From NCBI GenBank assembly GCA_965368975.1, contig CBDUPA010000012.1, positions 128,001 through 192,000 of the forward strand: a stretch of 64,000 nt of DNA, given 5' to 3'. The first letter of the stretch is position 1, and each line of letters begins with the position of its first letter. Below, piece after piece: positions 9,341 through 18,000 of the stretch. Below the pieces are notes generated by a model. The model saw only the letters and a list, made by a program, of their open reading frames with translations. It was not told the origin of the DNA and did not search any database. Source of the stretch: an uncultured bacterium. GTDB taxonomy: Bacteria; Acidobacteriota; Thermoanaerobaculia; Multivoradales; JAHZIX01. Position numbers and translations under genes: made by a program.

Positions 9341-11506
9341 TCAAACCCGCGACGCCACCCACTCGCTGATCCTCCCGTGCGCAGTCACCAGCGCCGACTT
9401 GCGGGCACGCGTCAGCGCGACGTAGAGGAGGGCGCGTTCCATGAGTTCGGTTTCGCGCTGGATGGCTCGGTCTTTGGAGTAGCGCACGCGGGTGCGCCAG
9501 GGCATGTTGTCGTCGCTCAGGCCGGCGACGATCATGTGGTCGTACTCTAGGCCTTTGACGCGGTGCATGGTGGCGACGCGTAGGCCGGGTTTGTCGGCGT
9601 CGTCGCTGGTGTCGCGGCCCAGACGCAGGGTGGGGACGCCTCGGTCTTCTAGGGCTTCGGCGTAGCGGTCGGCGAGGGCGTTGGTGCGGGCGACGAGGCA
9701 GGCGTGGGTGGTCTCGCGGTCGGTGAGCCATTGGGCGATGGCTTCGACTTCGTCGTCGAAGGTGGGTAGTTCGAGGGTTTGGGGGACCGCGCCGTGGGTG
9801 AGGGAGCGGTAGCCTTGACGCGAGTCGGCGGTGCCGTCGAGGTCGTCGAATTCTTGGTTCTCGAGCACGGCGACGGCGTAGCGGCGGATTTCGTCGGTGG
9901 TGCGGTAGTTGATGCGCAGGCGGCGGCCGCGACCGCGGATGTTGACGCCAGCGTGGGAGAGCACGACGCGCTTACGGTAGATGCGCTGGTGGCCATCGCC
10001 GACCAGGAAGAGGTCGTCCGGCTTTTCGGGGACGGCGGCGCGCAGCAGGCGGAAGGCGTTGGTGCTCATGTCTTGCGCTTCGTCGACGACGATGGAGCGT
10101 AGCGCCAGCTGTACGCGGCCGGCTTCGAGCAGCACGCAGGCGTCGAGCAGGGCGTCTTCGGGTTCGCGCAGGCCGTGCTTGTCGAGCTGGTGGCGGTATT
10201 CTTCGAATACCGGCCAGATCGCCTTGCGCTGGGCGCGACTGAGGCGCTCACCGCGACCGGCGCGGCTGGCTCGCTTGTAGTCTTTCCAGCTCTGGCAGCC
10301 TTGCGCCTGCACCACGGCTTCCCACTCGTCGCGGTAGAAGGACTCGGAGACTTCGAGGTGGGTTGCGGGATCGGATGCGCTGCTGGGCGCCAGCGTGAGG
10401 GCGGAGTCCCAGGAGTCCTTCAGCGGGCCACGGCTCGGATCCCAGTACTTGATCCGGTATTCGTAGCCGGCGCGCAGCAGCAGGTCACGCACCCATTTGT
10501 CGATGTTGACGACATCGATGCGTCGCAGCGCTTCGGGTGGGCACAGGCGCGCCAGGTTGGCGCGGATGTCGTTGGCCAGGTTCTTGGTGAAGGTGGTGAA
10601 GAGGATGCGATCGCCGGGGGCGACGAAGACGTTCTGCGCCAGGTAGGCGGCGCGATGCATGGCGACGACGGTCTTGCCGGTACCGGCGCCGCCGAGCACG
10701 CGCACGGGACCGTTCCAGCTACGCTCGACCAGTTTGCGCTGGCTCGGGTGCAGGAAGGTGCGCCACTTTTCGAGCGGCGCGTCGAGCATCGCCTGCAGGC
10801 TGGCGTCGTCCTCGACGACCACGAAACGCCGCTTGGTGGCGTCGCGTTCGAGGGCGCGGTCGATGTCCGAGGTGTCGATGTCGGGCTCGGCGGACACCGC
10901 CATGGCCTGTTCGACTTCTTCCAGCGACTCGCCCTCGCTGAGCCAGTAGAGGGCTTCGAAAGCCTCGGGCGGCAGCTGCGCGGAAAGGGCCTCCAGTTCG
11001 TGGGCCCTGCGCAGCGCGCGCACCTCGTCGAGCTGGGGCTCGGGGACGCCGAGGCGCAGGAGTTCGCGGTCGCGGATGGCGTCGAAGAGGCGCGTTTCGA
11101 CGGTGCCGGCACTTGCTGCCGGCGTCTCTGCCCCGTCCCGGGGCGACGCCGTCGCTTGGCGGCTGAAGACCTGCAGGGCGCCGGTTTCCGGGTGCACCGA
11201 GACGCTCTTGTGCTCGGCCCAGCGCATGGCTTTGTCGTGGTGGTCGATCCACAACAGCAGGTAGGTGTTGCCCTTCTCGGGCTGACGTACGATGGCTCGG
11301 TACTCCAGGTCGATGCGCACGGTGCGTAGACGCGGATCGGAGAAGGTGCTGATGGGCTCGTAGTTGATGCTGGACTGCGTGGGGTCCTGACGGAATTTGC
11401 GCAGGAACTTGCTCACCTTCTTCTGCTGTGCGCGCGGGATGAGCGCGAAGGCATCGAAGAATTCCTCGTAGATCGCGACTTTGAAGGTTTGCTCGTAGGC
11501 CATCAC
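9341..11506 (-). CDS. UvrD/SF1 helicase with N-terminal RelE/ParE-like domain (last gene of the DISARM-related operon)
   Basis: SF1 motifs GGAGTGKT, DEAQD, TMHRVKGLEY and YVALTRAR. The N-terminus F.DAF..IP...QKKV..F..KF..DP...INYE.I......RTVRI..EYRAI is RelE-like. 4-bp overlap with the upstream gene. Confidence 0.85.
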   Translation of the reverse strand: MMAYEQTFKVAIYEEFFDAFALIPRAQQKKVSKFLRKFRQDPTQSSINYEPISTFSDPRLRTVRIDLEYRAIVRQPEKGNTYLLLWIDHHDKAMRWAEHKSVSVHPETGALQVFSRQATASPRDGAETPAASAGTVETRLFDAIRDRELLRLGVPEPQLDEVRALRRAHELEALSAQLPPEAFEALYWLSEGESLEEVEQAMAVSAEPDIDTSDIDRALERDATKRRFVVVEDDASLQAMLDAPLEKWRTFLHPSQRKLVERSWNGPVRVLGGAGTGKTVVAMHRAAYLAQNVFVAPGDRILFTTFTKNLANDIRANLARLCPPEALRRIDVVNIDKWVRDLLLRAGYEYRIKYWDPSRGPLKDSWDSALTLAPSSASDPATHLEVSESFYRDEWEAVVQAQGCQSWKDYKRASRAGRGERLSRAQRKAIWPVFEEYRHQLDKHGLREPEDALLDACVLLEAGRVQLALRSIVVDEAQDMSTNAFRLLRAAVPEKPDDLFLVGDGHQRIYRKRVVLSHAGVNIRGRGRRLRINYRTTDEIRRYAVAVLENQEFDDLDGTADSRQGYRSLTHGAVPQTLELPTFDDEVEAIAQWLTDRETTHACLVARTNALADRYAEALEDRGVPTLRLGRDTSDDADKPGLRVATMHRVKGLEYDHMIVAGLSDDNMPWRTRVRYSKDRAIQRETELMERALLYVALTRARKSALVTAHGRISEWVASRV

Positions 11507-14500
11507 TCAGTCTCCTCTGCTAGCGCCTCTGCTAGTACCTCGGCCAGCGGCGAGACGTCGACCGTCCCGTCGGGCTCGAGCGCCAGGTCTTCCAGGTAGA
11601 AAAGTCTCCAGTCCGCCGCCGGCTCGCCGACGGCCCAGGCGCTGTCGGCGTACGAGGTGAGCGCGACGCGCGCGGTGTGCCACACCAGTTCGGCCTCGCT
11701 CCACACGGTATCGCGCTGGTTCGGTATGTCGTCACCGACCACCGGCTCCACGATGCCCGCGGCGATCATGGCCTCGGCGGCGCCTCGGTAGGCGTCCTCG
11801 ATCTCGTCGAGCTGTGTCCAGATTGCATCCTCGCCTTCCGGGCCGTGCTCGGCGAGGCTGCGCAGCTGAGCGATGCCGCTGTAGTCGCCGACGTCCGATG
11901 TGGTGACGAAGACGATGTCGTCGATCGCGCGCAGCCACTGGAAGAGACGCAGGAAGCCACGCCACGCCCGGTGCATCTGCGGCAGTTCGCGCCGATCTTC
12001 GCGGTCGTCGAGTTCGCGGTCGTCGAGGCGGGCGAGCACGGTCACTCGCTGACCATCGTGGGCGGCCATCCACTCGATCTGCCGCGGCTCGCCCCAGGTG
12101 CCGCTGGCGAGGGCGCGGGGCCTCGTCGCGGCGAGCTGGTCGCGTAGGGCTTCCGGTGCCGCTTGCCGCGCGAACTCGGTCCAGGCGCGTTGCTGACTCG
12201 GCAGCGTGGCTTCGAGTCGAGGTACCAGCGCCGCCGCCGCCAGGTCGCGCCACGGCAAGCCGTTGGCATCTTGGAGGTCCTGCAAGAGCCAGCGGAAGGT
12301 CGACTGTTGCGGCAGGTCGGTGAACTGGGTGAGGCCCAGCTGCTGGAGAGCCTTCTTGAAGTCACCCAGGTCGAGCGCCGCCAGTTCGGGCGCGGGCTCG
12401 ACCTCGGTGGATCTCGTCAGCTCGGCTTCCAGATCGTCCCAGGTGAAGGTCCACACGTCCCAGCCCGCGGCCAGCAGTGCCTGGCGCTGGCGCAGGTCCT
12501 GCCCCAAGCGATCTTGGTGGAACTGCCAGCCGTCGAGGAAGATGGCCAGACGACGATCGGTGGCGGCGCTGGCCGGTCGCAGCACGAAGTCGATCGAGAC
12601 GCCGATGCCGCCGGTCTCGGCCCTCGGCGGTTCGACCTGCGGCTCGATACGCCATTGGGCGTCGCCCAGCGTCCACAGCCAAGCATCTTTGATGCCGATC
12701 GGGATCCGCTTCAGCTGGGCTGGGTGCTGTTCGTTGCCGGCGCGTAGTAGGGCTTCGAGGAAGCGGGCTTCGAGGGCACTGTCGAGCAGGCCGGAGTGGC
12801 TGATGTCGCCCAGGCGTTCGATTTCCTGCACGCTGTCGGCGCGCGCCAGGATGCGGCGCAGGATCTCGGAGGCCGTGCGCGCCGAGGTGTCGCGCATCTC
12901 GCGACTGTTGCGGTAGCCGAAGAGGCAGCGATAGCAGCCTTCCACCAGCTTGCCGGCTCGGTTCGTGGTGCCCCAGCAGGCGCAGCCCTCGATCCGTTGC
13001 AGGCTCGCCTCGAGAGCTCGGAACAGGGGTATCGTGGCATCGGCATCGGGCGTGACCAGCTGTTTCAGAAAGCCGGTGCCGCCGGGCACGGAGTCGAAGA
13101 GCACCAGGTACTGGCGGCGCAGCGTGCTGTCGGGAGTCGGTTCGGAGTAGACGGTGGTGCGCAGGTGGTCGACGCTGCCGGCGAAGTAGCTCTCCAGCCC
13201 CAGCTGCAGGGCGGCGGTGAACGAGTTGAGCTGGCGCGTGCCGGCGAAGTCGGTGATCGGCAGCAGCAGGCGCAGGGCCTCGGACTCGAGCTGGCGGTAG
13301 AGATAGACGCAGGACTCGATCTGCTCGTCCGTGTCCTTGCGTCGCGACGGGCAGGACAGCAGGTGGTCGGTCTTCTCACCCTTGCGCGTCGCCTGCACCT
13401 TGCCGCAGCGTGCGCACAGCTCGAAACCCTGGCGCACCATGGCTCGGCCGGCGATGGTGTTGCGCGCGCCCAGGTCGGAGGGTTCGCCGAAGTTGATGTC
13501 GCGAAAGGTCACCCGTGCGCAGTACTCGAAGCCGAAGGGGTGACGGTCGTCGTCCAGCCGCCAGGCGCGCGAGGAACTGCGAGTGTCGAAGGTGGGCAGG
13601 ATGTCGCGCTCGAAGAAGCGCGGCTGGCGTTCGTCGCGATCGTCGCGAATCCGGGAGTTGCGGTCGGATTCTCTGGCGAATACTTGCTCCAGCTTCAGCA
13701 GGCGCTGGGTCTGGCCGCTGTCGCGCCAGTCGGCGGCGCCGCAAACCGGGCAGGCCGTGTGCGCATCGCCGGTGTCGATCGACTCGGCGTGGCTGCACTC
13801 GGGGCAGAAGCGCCAGGTCTCGAGCTTGGAGGACGAGAGATCGACGGCGTCGATGCCCACGCGTCGTCCCGAAGCGTAGAACTCGGCGCCAGGCGCCAGC
13901 TCGGCCAGGGCGCTCGACGGCGAGCGCTTGTACTCGTAGGTCCAGGTTTCGTAAGGACTCCCCTGGGCTGGAGGGTGCTTCTTGCGCCGCCAGATCACCG
14001 AGCGCAGTCGCACCGCCGACTCCGGGAAGGCGTAGTTGGGCAGCAGGCCCTGGTCGGTGAGGAATTCGAGCGTCGAGCGCTGGTTGATCGCCTTGATCAG
14101 GCCGATCAGGGCCTCTTTCTCGGCTTCGCGCTCGTCGATCTGCTCCTGGTGGTCCTTGTCGCGGGCCTCGGTGGCGCGTAGCACTTTGAGTTGCTTGCGC
14201 AGGGTCTCTACGTTGGCGCGGTGTGCTTCGCGCTGCTTGCGTTCCTTGTGCAGGGTGTCGAGCAGGCGGCTTTCGAGGGTCGCCTCGATGTGGTGCAGGG
14301 CATCTCGAGCTTGCGCCTTCTCGGGCTGCTCGCTGTCGAGTTCAGCTTTGGCCTCCGCGCCGAGCAGGAAGCGCTCCAGGTGGGCGGCGGTGGGCGGTCC
14401 GATCTCGTCCTCGAACATCTCGAGGAATTCTCGCAGCAGGCGCGGACGCTCCTGCTTCACGAAGGCGAGCAGGTTGCTCGGGAACCGCTCGACGTCCGGC

Positions 14501-17500
14501 TGGTTGCCTTGGTTGAGCACGCTGCGCAGCTGCGGCGGTAACTCGGCACGGTCACCCTCGACGCCGACCCAGCGATCGATGCAGAAGGCGGTGAGCTGGC
14601 GTTCGAGCACGGCTCCGGTGTCGAGAAAGACACCGGGCGGCGGCACGTCACCGGCGATCATCTCGTGCGGCTGGGCGAAGAAGTAGAGGTCGTGCGGCTT
14701 CGCCGCGGCGACGGTGAGCACGAAGGCGTTGCCATCGCGCCGGCCGGCGCGGCCGATGCGCTGCAGGTAGCTGGCCTGGCCGGGTGGTACCGAGCACAGG
14801 ATGGCGCTCGACAGGTCGCCGATGTCGATGCCCATCTCCAGCGTCGGCGTGCAAGAGAGCAGGTTCGGGTACCACGGCCGCCGCGCCTCGGGATCGTCCA
14901 GCTCCGGCGACGGTTCGAATGCTTTGAACTCGATCTCGATGCGCTCGCGCTCGGCGCGCTCCAGCAGGCCGGTATGCTCCTGGGCAAAGATGCGCTGCAG
15001 GTGACCGCTGCGGTAGAGATGGCCGAAGTAGTCGTGTGCCGGCGCGGCGTCCGGACGGTAGACGCCGGCACAGCCCGTGCGCAGGCAGGGTACGCCGTGC
15101 CAGCGTTCGGCCAGCGCGCGGCTGGCGTGGGTGCGGTGACCGCAGACGTGGCAAGCCAAGGCTGCACTGTGCGGGCTGATGACCAGCGCTTCTTCGCGCA
15201 GACCCCAGATCTGCTCACCCTTGGATGCACTGCGCTCGTCGAGCAGGCCGACTCGCACCAGCGCGCTCAGCACCACCGGGTACAGCGAGCCGGCGTCGGC
15301 GACCAGGCCGGGGCCACCCAGGAAGCAGGCATCGGCCCAGCGTGCATACCAGGATTCCCCGCCCCGTCCGGTGCGGCTCCAGGTGTCGAAGCGACGGCCG
15401 GTGCGGTCGGTCAGGAAGCTGGGCAGGCGCGAGCTGCTCTTGTAGCCGGGCAACGCCGGTTGCCGGGAGAAGGCATGGACATCCTTGCCGCAGCTCTCGA
15501 TATAGGCGCCCGGCAGGCTGCGTGCCAGGATGCCGCCGCGCAGGCGCAGGTGTTGTAGCAGTCCGAGCACGAACGCCTCGACGCGCCGCGCTTCGACCTG
15601 GCGCAGGCCGGGCACCTCGTTGCGCACCACCTCCACCAAGGCCGCCACCGCGGTCTCTACATCGCCCGGCCGCAGGTCGGCGACGGCGCAGCCGGTGCGG
15701 GTCAGTGAGCGGCCGATCTCCGCCTGCAGCGAGAACTCGGTCAGCACCTCGAAGGCCAGGCGCTGGTCGATGAGGTCCGGCAGGTCGGAGGCGCGCGGTA
15801 GCTCGCCGTCGCGACGCAAGGCGTCCCAATCGTGCAGCCAGGCCATGTTGGGCGCCAGGAAGGTGGCGACGAAGGTCGCCTCGTCGTGCGCCTGCCGAGC
15901 CCACGGGCCGAGCCCGTCGGCCAGCTCGCGCAGCGTGGTTTCGCCCAGGGGCTCGAGCGCTTGCAGCATCGCGATGCGCAGGTTGGTACGCCAGGTGCGA
16001 GCGGCAAAGAAGCCGGCCCGGTGCGCCGCGTCTTGCACGCTGTCGGAGAAGGTGAGCAGCTTCTTGTCGTCGTTGAAGCGCGAGGCGAAGAGCTGGTCGA
16101 TGTGCACGCTGGTCAGCGTGGCGGCGCGGAAGCCGACGATGGCCAGGCTCTCGCGTGCGCGGCAGAAGGGGCAGTCGCGCACCAGGGCTTGCCGGCTGGC
16201 GGTGGACTGAGCTTCGAAGATTTCGATCACCCGCAGCGTCTCGTCGGCGTGCTCCGCGTCGACCTTGATCAGGTTCTTCACGTCGAGCTCGAAGGCGCTG
16301 TGCTGGAGCCGGTCGTCGGCGGGCCAGGCGTTGGCGGGGAACAGGAAGCGTACGCGGCTGCTGCGCCCGAAGTAGGCGTCGTAGAAGCGCCGCGGCAGGC
16401 AGCGATAGAGGTACGGCCGATCGCGTTCCACCACAGTGCCCCAGCCCAGGGCGCCGCATTCGCGGCAGTGGATCATCGGCAGGTGGCGGTCTTGCTCCTC
16501 CTCGTCGAGGTCGTCGGAGTGCCGCAGGTGCGGCTGCGGTCCAACGTTGGCGACCAGGCGTCGCAGCTCGCGTTGCCACAGCTGCACGCGCACCTCCAGC
16601 AGCGGCGCCGCCGGTCTCGGTCGCCCCTCGGCGCGCCGCCGCTCGGCCACTTCGGGCAACTCGTGACGCCAGGCGCGAGCCTCGGAGACCAGGCCCAGCA
16701 GGCTGAGCACGGCGAGGCGGGCGAACTGGGCGTCCCGGTGCCAAGCGTCGCGCCTGCGCCGCATCTCGTGCACGGCGTCGTCCAGCGTCGTGGCCTGGCC
16801 ATCGAGGGCGCGCAGCAGGTCGTGGAAGGCGGCATGGTGGCGCAACTGCCGCCCCAACTCGACGCTGCGCTCGAACGATTCAGGCCCAGTGAGTTCGCCC
16901 TCACCGTCGGCGCCGATCGTCGCCGCTACGTCTGCCGGGAACCACAGGGCGAGCTGCGCCGCCAGCCAGGCGTGCGGGTCCGGGGCCTGCGCCGCGTCGA
17001 GTCGCTCCAGGTCTTCAGCGTCCGGTTCCTCGGTGTAGCGGATCTCGCAGCCGTGCAAGAACTGCTCCACACTCTGCCGCGTCTCGCCGATGATGGCGTC
17101 GGCGTCGAAGGGTTCGCCGAAGACCTTACGCGCATAGTCCCGCAGCTGTTCTCGCGCCGCCTCGCCGCCCAGCGTGGCGCTGGTGCCGATGCAGGCCAGC
17201 GAGCCGTCGTCCACGTCGAGACGCCGCTTGAGGCGTCGCAGCAGGCAGGCCAGGTCGGTGCCCTGGGCGCCGTCGAAGGTGTGGATCTCGTCGACCACCA
17301 GGAAGCGCAGCGTGCCCTTCACGTTGTGCTGCCAGATGCGCTGATCGCGTGGACGCAGCAGCAGGTAGTCGAGCATCTTGTAGTTGGTGAGCAGGATGTC
17401 CGGCGGCGCTTCTTGCAGGGTGGCGCGATCGGTGATCACGTGGTCCGCCCCCATGCGCGTCTCGCCGTGTGCCGACCCACGACGCTTGCCCTTGCCACCG

Positions 17501-18000
17501 CTACCCCCGTCCCCCACGTAGAGCCCCGCCGTCACGCGGCCGCGCAGCTTGTGGTTGTCATAGATCCGCCGCGCGATGCGCGCCGCCTGGTCGCTGGCCA
17601 GCGCGTTCATGGGGTAGATCAAGATCGCCTTGACGCCCGGCTCGTGCGCCGTCTGCAGGCAGTGGTCGAGAATCGGAAGCAGGAAGCTCTCGGTCTTGCC
17701 GGAGCCGGTGCCGGTGGCCAGCAGGGTGCTCTGCTTGCGTCGACCGCCGAGGCGGGCGAACACTTGTTCCTGGTGGTGATGGGGAGGAAACCCGAGCGGT
17801 ACGTCGGGGAAGACGTCTGGGGTCTCGCCGCTCAGGAAGGGCATCTTGACGGAGAGGTAGGGCCCCTTGAACAGCATGCCGTCGTCCGCGAGCAGGTGTT
17901 CGACGACGTTCTCCATGCCCGGCGTGGAGGACCAGAAGGAGAAGCGCAGGAAGTCTTGCAAGCCCTGTTCGAGCTGGCGGTGGATGGCGGAGGGGATCAA
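11503..18000 (-). CDS. YprA-family DEAD/DEAH helicase with DUF1998 Zn-binding domain and C-terminal Vsr/DUF559-like nuclease
   Basis: TGTGSGKTE, YPMNALASDQ, DEIH, TLEMGIDIG, QRIGRAGR; several CxxC pairs; LFDSVPGGTG...CAC...GCYRCL (DUF1998); IDFVL...IFLDGWQFH..R...D..QR..L...GW.VW.FTW (very-short-patch nuclease fold). Confidence 0.9.
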   Translation of the reverse strand: MIPSAIHRQLEQGLQDFLRFSFWSSTPGMENVVEHLLADDGMLFKGPYLSVKMPFLSGETPDVFPDVPLGFPPHHHQEQVFARLGGRRKQSTLLATGTGSGKTESFLLPILDHCLQTAHEPGVKAILIYPMNALASDQAARIARRIYDNHKLRGRVTAGLYVGDGGSGGKGKRRGSAHGETRMGADHVITDRATLQEAPPDILLTNYKMLDYLLLRPRDQRIWQHNVKGTLRFLVVDEIHTFDGAQGTDLACLLRRLKRRLDVDDGSLACIGTSATLGGEAAREQLRDYARKVFGEPFDADAIIGETRQSVEQFLHGCEIRYTEEPDAEDLERLDAAQAPDPHAWLAAQLALWFPADVAATIGADGEGELTGPESFERSVELGRQLRHHAAFHDLLRALDGQATTLDDAVHEMRRRRDAWHRDAQFARLAVLSLLGLVSEARAWRHELPEVAERRRAEGRPRPAAPLLEVRVQLWQRELRRLVANVGPQPHLRHSDDLDEEEQDRHLPMIHCRECGALGWGTVVERDRPYLYRCLPRRFYDAYFGRSSRVRFLFPANAWPADDRLQHSAFELDVKNLIKVDAEHADETLRVIEIFEAQSTASRQALVRDCPFCRARESLAIVGFRAATLTSVHIDQLFASRFNDDKKLLTFSDSVQDAAHRAGFFAARTWRTNLRIAMLQALEPLGETTLRELADGLGPWARQAHDEATFVATFLAPNMAWLHDWDALRRDGELPRASDLPDLIDQRLAFEVLTEFSLQAEIGRSLTRTGCAVADLRPGDVETAVAALVEVVRNEVPGLRQVEARRVEAFVLGLLQHLRLRGGILARSLPGAYIESCGKDVHAFSRQPALPGYKSSSRLPSFLTDRTGRRFDTWSRTGRGGESWYARWADACFLGGPGLVADAGSLYPVVLSALVRVGLLDERSASKGEQIWGLREEALVISPHSAALACHVCGHRTHASRALAERWHGVPCLRTGCAGVYRPDAAPAHDYFGHLYRSGHLQRIFAQEHTGLLERAERERIEIEFKAFEPSPELDDPEARRPWYPNLLSCTPTLEMGIDIGDLSSAILCSVPPGQASYLQRIGRAGRRDGNAFVLTVAAAKPHDLYFFAQPHEMIAGDVPPPGVFLDTGAVLERQLTAFCIDRWVGVEGDRAELPPQLRSVLNQGNQPDVERFPSNLLAFVKQERPRLLREFLEMFEDEIGPPTAAHLERFLLGAEAKAELDSEQPEKAQARDALHHIEATLESRLLDTLHKERKQREAHRANVETLRKQLKVLRATEARDKDHQEQIDEREAEKEALIGLIKAINQRSTLEFLTDQGLLPNYAFPESAVRLRSVIWRRKKHPPAQGSPYETWTYEYKRSPSSALAELAPGAEFYASGRRVGIDAVDLSSSKLETWRFCPECSHAESIDTGDAHTACPVCGAADWRDSGQTQRLLKLEQVFARESDRNSRIRDDRDERQPRFFERDILPTFDTRSSSRAWRLDDDRHPFGFEYCARVTFRDINFGEPSDLGARNTIAGRAMVRQGFELCARCGKVQATRKGEKTDHLLSCPSRRKDTDEQIESCVYLYRQLESEALRLLLPITDFAGTRQLNSFTAALQLGLESYFAGSVDHLRTTVYSEPTPDSTLRRQYLVLFDSVPGGTGFLKQLVTPDADATIPLFRALEASLQRIEGCACWGTTNRAGKLVEGCYRCLFGYRNSREMRDTSARTASEILRRILARADSVQEIERLGDISHSGLLDSALEARFLEALLRAGNEQHPAQLKRIPIGIKDAWLWTLGDAQWRIEPQVEPPRAETGGIGVSIDFVLRPASAATDRRLAIFLDGWQFHQDRLGQDLRQRQALLAAGWDVWTFTWDDLEAELTRSTEVEPAPELAALDLGDFKKALQQLGLTQFTDLPQQSTFRWLLQDLQDANGLPWRDLAAAALVPRLEATLPSQQRAWTEFARQAAPEALRDQLAATRPRALASGTWGEPRQIEWMAAHDGQRVTVLARLDDRELDDREDRRELPQMHRAWRGFLRLFQWLRAIDDIVFVTTSDVGDYSGIAQLRSLAEHGPEGEDAIWTQLDEIEDAYRGAAEAMIAAGIVEPVVGDDIPNQRDTVWSEAELVWHTARVALTSYADSAWAVGEPAADWRLFYLEDLALEPDGTVDVSPLAEVLAEALAEETE

